Below are positions 1 through 8,340 of a stretch of DNA of 13,218 bases, piece by piece. Source of the DNA: Octopus sinensis (lineage: Eukaryota); the NCBI RefSeq assembly GCF_006345805.1, contig NW_021826040.1:1-13218 (forward strand), read 5' to 3'. The position numbers were made by a program, and so were the translations under genes. The notes below the pieces were generated by a model, which was not told the origin of the DNA, made no database searches, and worked only from the letters and a program-made list of their open reading frames with translations. Numbering within the stretch: the stretch's first letter is position 1; every line of letters starts with the position of its first letter.

Positions 1-114
1 AACTCCCGGCGGAACTTGAGTGAACGTGTCAGTAGCAAGCTGGTCGAATGCGACATCCGATCTGCTATCCGCACTGTCATGAACGACGACACGGTCCTTA
101 CTTCCTACTCCCGA
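1..114 (+). pseudogene. CRE-like non-LTR retrotransposon fragment (region upstream of RT), cut by the window edge
   Basis: Frame 1 reads NSRRNLSERVSSKLVECDIRSAIRTVMNDDTVL, resembling the KLxxGDVxxAxRxLxSDD segment that precedes the RT in CRE-clade ORFs. Short, motif recognition only. Confidence 0.5.
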
Positions 115-131
115 CGTTCTCGACGGCTATG

Positions 132-1200
132 CGACAACTCGCCTATATAGTCGAGATCAAATCTAAATAATTAACAATTTTAACAAAATAATACACAGAT
201 AGAAAAAAGACGGTCTTACTTATTGGAGGTGCAGAAGTCGAGGAATGCAGGGCGAGGTGCACGGTGGATGCCTCAAAACAAGTTGAGTACAAAAAATGCT
301 CTTAATTATGGCCCGTTTGAGAATCATGAGATAAAAAGCATCTGACCAGAAAGATGCCATCTAATTTTTTCGTCGTCTAATGTAATGGGCTGTAATTTAT
401 ATTTCGGCCAAATCATCGACGGAAAATACAATGTCTTGGTTTTGTGTGAGCCTACAAAGACGCTTCATCGTGGGAACGAAAATTATTGAGTAAATGCTAC
501 CATTTAGCTTTCATCCCTATGGAAAATGTTTTATTGGAATTTGAAAAATTTTCTCTTGATGCCACAGGAAAAGAAAACGACCAAAAAATAATGAATTTTT
601 TGATTTATTTAAAAAAAAATTTTACCGCTGACCCATCTTATGACGTCAGTGCTACCATTTAGCTTTCATCCCTGTGGAAAATGTTTTATTGGAATTTAAA
701 AAATTTTCTCTTGATGCTACAGGAAAAGAAAACAACCAAAAAATAATAAATTTTTTGATTTATTTTAAAAACATTTTATTGCTGACCCATCTTGTTTTTG
801 GAGTCGTTTTCATCAGGTATTAAAGTTGATGCCTAGGACAAATAATTCATTAAAAGGTTGGCATTAGCTGTTGAACAGTTCTTTTAACATAGCGCACCCA
901 AATTTGGCAGCTTTTGTCAATATTTTGACCAGGGAAGAACAAAGAATTTTTGCGATTTGTGATAAGTCAGGAAGGTATCTTGAAGTGTCTGCGACAGACT
1001 GCAAAAAGGAACTTGACTGAGAATAGCATATTAAAATTTCATTGAATCGAATAGAAGTAGATTGCTATTTTAAGCAAATTGATGGTTTGATTTGCTTAAA
1101 AGTTCAGAATAAAAAGTAATTGTTTTAAAATTTTATTTTATTTACCCTTAAAATATTTTTCTTCGTAGACGAGTTGTCGACAAATAAATTTAGGCGAGTT
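132..1200 (+). mobile_element. Decayed, internally deleted Mutator-like (MULE) DNA transposon
   Basis: Transposase motifs occur in the expected order: GCNLYFGQ (388-411, cf. GCxFHxxQ), RRKIQCLG (417-440), LAFIPMENVLLEFEKF (from 504), PRTNNSLKGWH (from 832), HPNLAAFVNIL. Stops and frameshifts are present. Inverted-repeat remnants: aactcgccta 136-145 / taggcgagtt 1191-1200, and cgacaactcgcc 132-143 / gacgagttgtcg 1168-1179. No TSD found, so the ends are approximate. Confidence 0.8.
495..793. repeat. Direct duplication of ~145 bp inside the MULE transposase
   Basis: 495-639 and 650-793 both run tgctaccatttagctttcatccct...gctgacccatctt with scattered substitutions. They are separated by a 10-nt spacer (period 155). 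Confidence 0.95.
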
Positions 1201-1398
1201 AGGCCCAGAACGTGGGGACAAAGCAGACAGGAAGAGCAAAGCCATCTGGTGATTGCCGAGGCGGCTGTCTTGCTGATTTTGAGGCAGTAGAGATGGAAAT
1301 AGCCATTTAAAAGGAGCAGCGAACCCCATTTTTGCCAAGGCAAAAAGAAAAAACAGACACCGCATGATGAAGTTTCGCGGAGGAAAGTGTAAACTAGT

Positions 1399-1750
1399 TT
1401 GGTTTCGTCTACCCTTTTCCCATTTGAGAGGGGGAAAAGCCTCGTATGGGATACAAGCTGCTGGGATACTTTCTCTGCTTCACATCTAACCTCGTTTGCT
1501 TTGGAGGCTAAATCAGCTGCTAAAAAGGCTGAAGATTTAAAGCTTTCCAAATATTTTGCCCTTTTGAAAAGTTTTTCGTGGTGCCGATAGCGATGGAGAC
1601 GTCGGGTGTTTTTGGTCCAAAGACAGAAAAGTTCCTCCGCAAACTCGGAGCCAAAATCTCAATGCGCACTCCGGGGGAACAGTTTGGCGATCCGCCAGGC
1701 AGCTGGCCTTTTCTTCGTTTAATCGATATAATTGATAATCGTAACTATTG
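1399..1750 (+). pseudogene. CRE-like retrotransposon 3' fragment, restriction-like endonuclease (RLE) region
   Basis: RGKSLVWDTSCWDTFSASHL...SAAKKAEDLKLSKY, then a frameshift to PIAMETSGVFGPKTEKFLRKLG (from 1584). These are typical CRE RLE motifs. Confidence 0.85.
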
Positions 1751-1859
1751 CTAAAATTGTAGAAAATTAAAATATTTCTTAATAAACAGTTTCACATTCG
1801 TTGTTTATGGCAAAATAAAACCGAGGCTTCAAATTTAGTCTATCAGAATTCGAAGGCTA

Positions 1860-2224
1860 CCATTACCTCACGTGAAATACAGAATGCAGTTCGTCTGATT
1901 CTTTCCGTGAATTGGCAAAACATGCAATTACAAAAGGTTCAAAGGCAGTTACTAAGTACACGAATACAAAATAACACTTTAAAAATGATTGTTTTATTCA
2001 TTTGTTCTTTAATAACTATTCCAACAATCCAACTAGTAATTGTCCCTTTGGCACTCGAGACCTGTGCAGCCTTCGTCCCGCAAACATCCAAGTTCTTAAA
2101 ACACGTCTGCCTCCTTATCGCTCAGAGAAACATGGATGCAAGCGAATTTTCTTGGCTAAGACAGAGGATCTCTGTTACAATCATGCGTGGAAACGCGCAA
2201 GCTATTCTTTTGACCGGGATCTGA
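1860..2224 (+). pseudogene. Second CRE-like RLE C-terminal fragment, more diverged
   Basis: VPLALETCAAFVPQTSKFL...WLRQRISVTIMRGNAQAIL* matches the PxAxETxGxFG...WLxQRISxxIxRGN terminus. SDSF...GSKAV lies upstream in another frame. Confidence 0.75.
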
Positions 2225-2489
2225 TCGTTCTCTGTTTTTTCTTTAATTAGTACACTAGTAATTTAGTCTGTAATCTCGCAAAATTCATCAATTTAAGAAA
2301 TAGTTACAATTATTTGATGGTGCTAATAAAATATTATTTTAAAAATATTTAATTTTTTATTTTTAAAATTTTCGGAATGATACTTTTTTGCATTACTCGA
2401 AAAAATTCGGAATAACGTTGTTTAAAAATTCGGAATAATATAAAACAAAAATAACTCGTCTGAATTGGTTCTGTCTGAAATAAAAAAAT

Positions 2490-2550
2490 ATGGCTAGAAC
2501 TAAAACAAACTGCTCGAAAATCTACTGGAGCAAAATTTCCAAGGAAACAA
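2490..2550 (+). pseudogene. Histone H3 N-terminal tail fragment without histone fold
   Basis: ATG at 2490. Removing one A from the run at 2502-2505 gives [20 protein letters not shown], 18/20 identical to canonical H3 [20 protein letters not shown]. No H3 similarity follows. Confidence 0.8.
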
Positions 2551-3443
2551 TCTGCTCTTAGTCTGTTTCACAATTTGCCATTATTTGTCAATCTTTATTT
2601 TTTTATTTAATTGGATTAGAAGGAATATTTTGCGATGTAGTTTCTTTTAATTAATAAATTATCTGAAATTCATCATTTTGTAATATTTGCGAGTTTATTC
2701 TTTCAATGTTCATATCGCTTATTTGAAATCTTTTCATTTATCTTTATTCATTGAATTTTACCTTGTTTTGATAGAAAGTTCTATTCTTTATATTCTTATG
2801 GCTAACTTTTATTTATTGTTCCCGGATTTGGCGATCTTGTATTTTAGCGCCCTAAAATCTAAAATGATCAATTTCTACCAAATTTTAATCATTATTGTAT
2901 ATTTTTTTCTAGATTTTTTAAACTGAACACGAATTTAATTATTTTATTTTTAATAAATTATAATGTCACAGGCCTTGGGTGTATCGAACTGATTTAGCCT
3001 GCAGAGCACACGAGTTAAAAAATAAAATCGGACAAATTTAAAAATTTACCAATCTAATCTATTGTTTTTTATAGAATCGACTAATTAGTAAAGATCACGC
3101 GCAGCTCTTATTCCTGACCACGAGTCATAATTTTCGAAGTCGAAGTCCAAATGATTCTGGGCGTTTCTTTCAATGACTTCTTTTCGCTGCCAGATTTTTG
3201 CATCATTTCAACAAGTTCTGGACACAAATATGTGTCGAAACAGTCAAAATAATTAATGTTAAATTCTAAGCAAGCGAAAAACTGGCAAAGGTCGTCGCCA
3301 ATTATGAGTGTGTCCTATAACTATAGACCAAACATATTATTACTTTCAATATATCGCATATAATTCCTCTCGCTCCACGGAATGGGATTTATAAACAAAA
3401 TATTAAAACAGCGATACATAAGAAATTATTTCAAGTACAATGA

Positions 3444-3720
3444 TTAGGCCTTGTTTATCACTTGGTAGTTTTGTAACTCCTCCTTTGTCATCTCTCTCGA
3501 TCGACCGTGGAGGTCGACAACAAAATTGGTATAGAAAGTGTGATCATTGATGTAATGCTCGAACCTCTCATAATAACTATTGAATACTGGAGTGATCTAT
3601 TAAATATAAACGTTTAGATAAAATTACTTGAAAATTTTTTTTTAATTCAGGATGGTCAATGAAGTGGCGATCATCAGAATCATATGGATTTATATACCAT
3701 AATGACCCGTATTTAACATT
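3444..3720 (-). CDS. Unidentified spliced coding segment (probably a damaged host gene)
   Basis: Exon 3720-3628 (NVKYGSLWYINPYDSDDRHFIDHPELKKNFQ, preceded by AG), then a 31-nt phase-0 GT-AG intron 3627-3597, then exon 3596-3444 (ITPVFNSYYERFEHYINDHTFYTNFVVDLHGRSREMTKEELQNYQVINKA*). Together these give 81 open codons. Family not recognised. Confidence 0.45.
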
Positions 3721-3946
3721 CTATTGTATCTCGCAATTAATGCAATTCACACTAGCACATATTACTAATTTAAAAATGTATAATATGTCGCGCCATAGCT
3801 GGCGACCATACCACGCTGGCGATCATGGTGACCTACATTGTGACAGCGTGACCTACATAGTTTGACATTCAATTAAAAACGAAAATAATTTATTATAAAA
3901 AGGGTTTAGTGTCATTTTAATTAGAAAAATGGTATGGTGACCAGTT

Positions 3947-4100
3947 CGGCTTCGTTTTCTTTATTTTGGTAGGTCCTTATAAACTGTGCGTCTACCAATT
4001 TATCAAGTACTTCTTGATAACCGACCTAAATTGTTATAAATTGTAATCATACCCCCATTCCTCCCTTATTCCTTTTAATGGTGACCAGTTCGGTTCGCCC
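3947..4100 (-). pseudogene. Inverted partial duplicate of the G-patch gene (part of exon 2, intron 2, most of exon 3)
   Basis: Reverse complement of 7097-7250 with 5 differences in 154 bp. Reads GRTELVTIKRNKGGMG, a 27-nt GT-AG intron, then VGYQEVLDKLVDAQFIRTYQNKENEA. Confidence 0.9.
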
Positions 4101-4211
4101 ATGATCGTTTCTCCTCCTGCTTGCCAGGTCCCCCAGTTTAATAAGGAATTTTTTAGTCCTGGGACCAAGGACTCCCGACGTCTCCACTGCGATCGGGGCA
4201 AAGATATAACG
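4101..4211 (-). pseudogene. Third CRE-like RLE fragment
   Basis: RYIFAPIAVETSGVLGPRTKKFLIKLGDLASRRRNDH, ending abruptly at the G-patch duplicate. Confidence 0.8.
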
Positions 4212-4734
4212 GTGCGGCGTGAATTTTCTGATTTGTTAAATTTTACTAAAAAAGTAAAATTGATTAAAGTTTTTTTTGCATGATATGTTATACAACACGT
4301 GGAAGAAAGGAAATAAAAATATTTATTTAAAAAGAGGCTGTTAGTAGGGGGTAGATAAAGACCGCCCAGTCCCTGCATTTTACTAAAAAAGTAAATTTAC
4401 TACTAAAATTAAATTTGTTAAATTTTACTAAGAATGAAGGAAATTATAAAAAGAACACACGTAGAAGGAAGGAAATTATAAACAACGTGGAAGGAAGTAA
4501 ATTATAGAAAAACTGTATAAATAAATAAAACTGCGATAAAATATGCACAAATGGTTTTCTCCTCAAAGAAATTTTTGGAAAAATATGGCTGGAAAGAAGG
4601 TTTGTGTTAAAATTATAAAATACTAGCTCGGCAGCTCGCTTCGCTCACCGCGACCTAGCTCCTGCGGAGGGCCTGTTTCATCAAACAACTATAAGTTTAT
4701 GTAGATGTATAAAACTACCTGGTTTAATGTAACC

Positions 4735-4923
4735 CTATTCTATCGCCTGTTGATAAACGATGTTTGTCGTCCGTCCTTCCTTGGCATATATTAATAAATT
4801 TTCTCTTCTGCCTACCCTCGAGCATCCCACATACAGCTGTCCATGTGAAAAGCACTCACTCTCTAAAAATAACCCAACTACCTTTAATGACTGTCCCTGG
4901 GCCTTGTTTATTGTCATTGCAAA
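4735..4923 (-). pseudogene. C-terminal remnant of Helitron RepHel (PIF1-like) helicase
   Basis: FAMTINKAQGQSLKVVGLFLESECFSHGQLYVGCSRVG...TTNIVY, containing the PIF1-family TINKxQGQS and FSHGQLYVAxSRV motifs. The stop lies ~110 bp from the element 3' end. Confidence 0.92.
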
Positions 4924-5272
4924 CTTTTTTTTTCATTTTTTGTGGTCTATTTTTTTTATATTTAATTTTTTCATTTTTCCTTTGTAATTTCCTTTTTTCT
5001 TTTTTATTTTTTTGTTTTTTACTGGCGGAAATGGGGCAGGGGGAGATGCGGCAGGCAAGAAAGCGACACACAAAAAAGATTTAATTAATTACCTTATTAA
5101 GCTGACCGTTTTTTCTTCAGCTTCGTTTTTCCTCCTTCGGTTATCTATTTAAAAAATTATTTTTGAATAATAAAAAAGTTTAGGAAAAGAGGCATACCGA
5201 AAATAAATTCTATCTTTACGAAAAACTCAAGTAAATAGTTAATATTTTTACGCAAATTCTTCTGATTGCGCT

Positions 5273-5476
5273 GTCAATTGGTGGTAAATTGTGTTAATGG
5301 TTGTGCTAATGTGGTTTCAACTATCAAAGTGTTTTTCAAAATCTGTTAATTGCACACTCTATTCAAGGTCGTGCGTCAATGGTGGTAAATTGTGTTAATG
5401 ATTGTGCTAATGTGGTTTCAACTATCAAAGTGGTTTTTCAAAATCTGTTAATTGCACACTCTATTCAAAGTCGTGC
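5273..5476. repeat. Two tandem copies of a 102-bp unit inside the Helitron
   Basis: 5273-5374 and 5375-5476 both read gtcaat(t)ggtggtaaattgtg...ctctattcaa(g/a)gtcgtgc with only a few differences. Confidence 0.95.
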
Positions 5477-5686
5477 AATCTGTGATTGCACATTCTGTCA
5501 AAGTCAAATATGATAATAGCTTTAATTTTGATTCATGGTCGATAATGATATATGCATTTAATTTTAAAGAGAAAAACATAGGATGAATTGAATTTCTTTA
5601 TCGCGAATAATTGGGAGTTCATCATTGTTAATATTCTCGCTGTCGTTTTCATCAAGGATATTCTTAATACGTGAGATTTTTGCCTT

Positions 5687-6949
5687 GAAGGTTTTAATGG
5701 ACCTCATCATGAATGTCGAGGACATTCGCGTTGTTCATTTTAATCAAAATGCAGAAAATAATTTTTTGATTTTTTGGGGGGAAGGTTTTAAGGACTTCAT
5801 CATGTAAGTCGAGGACATTGTAGTTGTTCATTTTAACCAAAATGCAGAAAATTTTTTTTAATTTTTTTGGGAGGGAAGGTTTTAAGGACTTCATCATGTA
5901 AGTCGAGGACATTGTAGTTGTTCATTTTAACCAAAATGCAGAAAATTTTTTTTAATTTTTTTGGGGGGGAAGGTTTTAAGGACTTCATCATGTAAGTCGA
6001 GGACATTGTAGTTGTTCATTTTAACCAAAATGCAGAAAATTTTTTTTAATTTTTTTGGGGGGGAAGGGGTTTTAAGGACTTCATCATGTAAGTCGAGGAC
6101 ATTGTAGTTGTTCATTTTAACCAAAATGCAGAAAATTTTTTTTAATTTTTTTTGGGGGGGAAGGTTTTAAGGACTTCATCATGTAAGTCGAGGACATTGT
6201 AGTTGTTCATTTTAACCAAAATGCAGAAAATTTTTTTTAATTTTTTTTGGGGGGGAAGGTTTTAAGGACTTCATCATGTAAGTCGAGGACATTGTAGTTG
6301 TTCATTTTAACCAAAATGCAGAAAATTTTTTTTAATTTTTTTTGGGAGGGAAGGTTTTAAGGACTTCATCATGTAAGTCGAGGACATTGTAGTTGTTCAT
6401 TTTAACCAAAATGCAGAAAATTTTTTTTAATTTTTTTGGGGGGGAAGGTTTTAAGGACTTCATCATGTAAGTCGAGGACATTGTAGTTGTTCATTTTACC
6501 AAAATGCAGAAAATTTTTTTTAATTTTTTTTGGGAGGGAAGGTTTTAAGGACTTCATCATGTAAGTCGAGGACATTGTAGTTGTTCATTTTAACCAAAAT
6601 GCAGAAAATTTTTTTTAATTTTGTTTGGGGGGGAAGGTTTTAAGGACTTCATCATGTAAGTCGAGGACATTGTAGTTGTTCATTTTAACCAAAATGCAGA
6701 AAATTTTTTTTTTATTTTTTTGGGGGGAAGGTTTTAAGGACTTCATCATGTAAGTCGAGGACATTGTAGTTGTTCATTTTAACCAAAATGCAGAAAATTT
6801 TTTTTAATTTTTTTTGGGGGGGAAGGTTTTAAGGACTTCATCATGTAGTCGAGGACATGTAGTTGTTCATTTTAACCAAAATGCAGAAAATTTTTTTTTT
6901 ATTTTTTTGGGGGGAAGGTTTAGGACCTCATCATGTAAGTCGAGGACAT
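5687..6949. repeat. Tandem array, ~94-95-bp unit, ~13 copies
   Basis: The core gtcgaggaca recurs 14 times (5715, 5808, 5902, 5996, 6092, 6187, 6282, 6377, 6471, 6565, 6660, 6754, 6848, 6939). Inner units differ almost only in T/G homopolymer length; the outer units are more diverged. Confidence 0.98.
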
Positions 6950-6980
6950 CGTATTGCCAATTTGAAGTTGGTGTGCACAC

Positions 6981-7036
6981 ACAGACAGACAGACAGACAG
7001 ACCACAGACAGACAACAGACAGACAGACAGACAGAC
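6981..7036. repeat. Interrupted (ACAG)n microsatellite near the Helitron 5' end
   Basis: acagacagac... run with two interruptions. GTCY/ACAG microsatellites are a known feature of animal non-autonomous Helitron-type elements. Confidence 0.95.
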
Positions 7037-7594
7037 ACCCACACCATACCATTTTATTATTAAGATAAAGGTTCGGGTCTAGGAAAAAACAGTCAAGGGC
7101 GAACCGAACTGGTTACCCTTAAAAGGAATAAGGGAGGAATGTGGGTATGATTACATTTATAACAATTTAGGTCGGTTATCAAGAAGTACTTGTATAAATT
7201 GGTAGACGCACAGTTTATAAGGACCTACCAAAATAAAGAAAACGAAGCCGGAAAAAGGGCTAAGGCAAAATAATATTTTTTTTATAATAAATTTTTTGTT
7301 TTCTAAACTTTAAAATGTTGAAAAAATAATATAAAAATAAGGGTTTTTTCTAAGCTACTTTCAGAAAAAGATTATAGTTTAAATTATTTTTGATAGTAGT
7401 CCAATATGTTTTCTAAATTAACCACACATTTGATATTCAGTAGAAAATTCAATAAAGAAGTCTTATAAAAGGATTTTACAATTTATTTCTTTCGAATTCT
7501 GAATTATCATTAAAAATCATTGATTATATCAATTTTGATTTATATTCTCAACAAATATATTTATTAAATTAAAGAATTATTTTCAATATGTTAA

Positions 7595-8340
7595 TTAAGG
7601 TTGCTTAAGAGCAGAAAGGATAGCGTGGCTATTACCCCTGACAACGGTTGTTGAAAGGCGTTGAAACAGCCATTCGGTCTCCCTTCTATCTTTCGTCTGA
7701 ACCGAGATCAGGGATCCAAGTTCCTATAAAAGAGATTGATTCCGGACCGAAGACTCCAGATGACTCCACAATAATCGGTTGCACTATGAACCTGTCCTTG
7801 AGCTCTGAATATTTTAATTTTTTAATTTTTTCGTAGTTCTGTGAAGCATATCCTGGAGAGGAGGCTGAGGCGATCAGGTTTGTCTCTGAGTAGGTGTCGG
7901 TGCAGGCGCAGTCCCAAACAAGGCACTTCCCGTTGGTGTACGGAAAAATTGTTATCCCATCAGGTCTTTTTCCGTCTGTGCGGATGAGACCAGGAGGCCG
8001 GGAAAACCAGCTGCATGCAAAGCGTTCTTGACAATTAGGTTCATTGCATGATGTCTTGGAACCGGCCTGCACTGCGTCTGCATGAGAGAGCGTGCCGTCC
8101 GAATTCGTCAACGGAAGCCCCGCAACTACAGCGGTGCTGGCGACAGATCTTCATGCAAAGGCGTAAGGAGATTGCAATTCGCAATGTCTCGTCGTCCAGT
8201 TTGTTTCCGACTGAAGGGATAGGACATGCATTGAGCCACGCTCCGATTGTTTTTGTGAAGCGCTTCTAAGGCATGCAAGACGAGATTGATCAGAGACCTC
8301 TTCCAAGTGGTGGTAAATTGACATAGAATGCAGGTCGTCC
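7595..8340 (-). mobile_element. CRE-like retrotransposon 3' segment (zinc-finger and RLE)
   Basis: [13 protein letters not shown]...[17 protein letters not shown] (CCHC), RTDGKRPDGITIFPYTNGKCLVWDCACTDTY, PIIVESSGVFG, EWLFQRLSTTVVRGNSHAIL, stop at 7597-7595. Frameshifted. An AATAAA lies at 7565-7560. Confidence 0.92.

Larger units (their letters stand above)
4623..7065 (-). mobile_element. Non-autonomous Helitron, 2443 bp
   Basis: On the minus strand: 5' TC (7065-7064) followed by ttaataataaaatggtatggtg and (GTCT)n; 3' CTAG (4626-4623) preceded by an imperfect GC-rich hairpin (cggtgagc-gaagcga-gctgccg). It is inserted between A and T with no TSD and retains a RepHel helicase C-terminus. Removing it restores a clean 28-nt intron, which independently confirms both ends. 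Confidence 0.92.
4551..7273 (+). pseudogene. Small three-exon G-patch domain gene, Helitron-interrupted and frameshifted
   Basis: Exons 4551-4599, 7071-7144 and 7171-7273. Intron 1 is 28 nt once the Helitron is removed (gtttgtgttaaaattataaaata+taaag); intron 2 is 7145-7170 (26 nt). Spliced: MVFSSKKFLEKYGWKEGSGLGKNSQGRTELVTLKRNKGGM(W)VGY, matching G-patch consensus spacing (GW-x2-G-x-GLG-x3-G-x14-GxG). A +1 frameshift gives an early stop at 7195-7197. Repaired from the duplicate it is 74 aa ending at TAA 7271-7273. Confidence 0.85.

Noticed and set aside
1213-1398. GC-richer segment between the MULE end and the CRE fragment (ORFs 1125-1550 and 1138-1365)
   Set aside because: No frame gives a recognisable motif, and ORF 1125-1550 is partly antisense to the CRE RLE. 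Left unassigned.
2561-2619. Possible 59-nt intron that might rejoin the H3 tail to a histone fold
   Set aside because: The sequence after the AG shows no H3 similarity in any frame.
2687-2926. 79-aa hydrophobic ORF
   Set aside because: It lies in T-rich sequence with a non-ATG start and no recognisable motif.
3659-3865. Plus-strand ORF with KW....SYGFI..ND resembling a cold-shock domain
   Set aside because: The spacing is off, no second RNP motif follows, and the opposite strand gives a longer spliced frame.
4856-5084. Lys-rich and Phe-rich ORFs
   Set aside because: They are artefacts of the A/T low-complexity tract.
5687-6949. Regular repeat as a CRISPR array, and the repetitive ORFs (5694-5912, 5927-6124, 6814-7068) as proteins
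   Set aside because: Whole units repeat with no unique spacers, no cas genes are present and the context is eukaryotic. The ORFs are translations of the repeat unit broken by homopolymer length changes.
3947-7250. 154-bp inverted repeats as TIRs of a MITE/foldback element, or as a Helitron 3' end or structured RNA (hairpins, CTAG at 7079-7082)
   Set aside because: The repeat is exon-intron-exon sequence of the G-patch gene and the CTAG is part of the GLG codons. No TSD flanks the pair and no Sm site or splice-leader layout was found.
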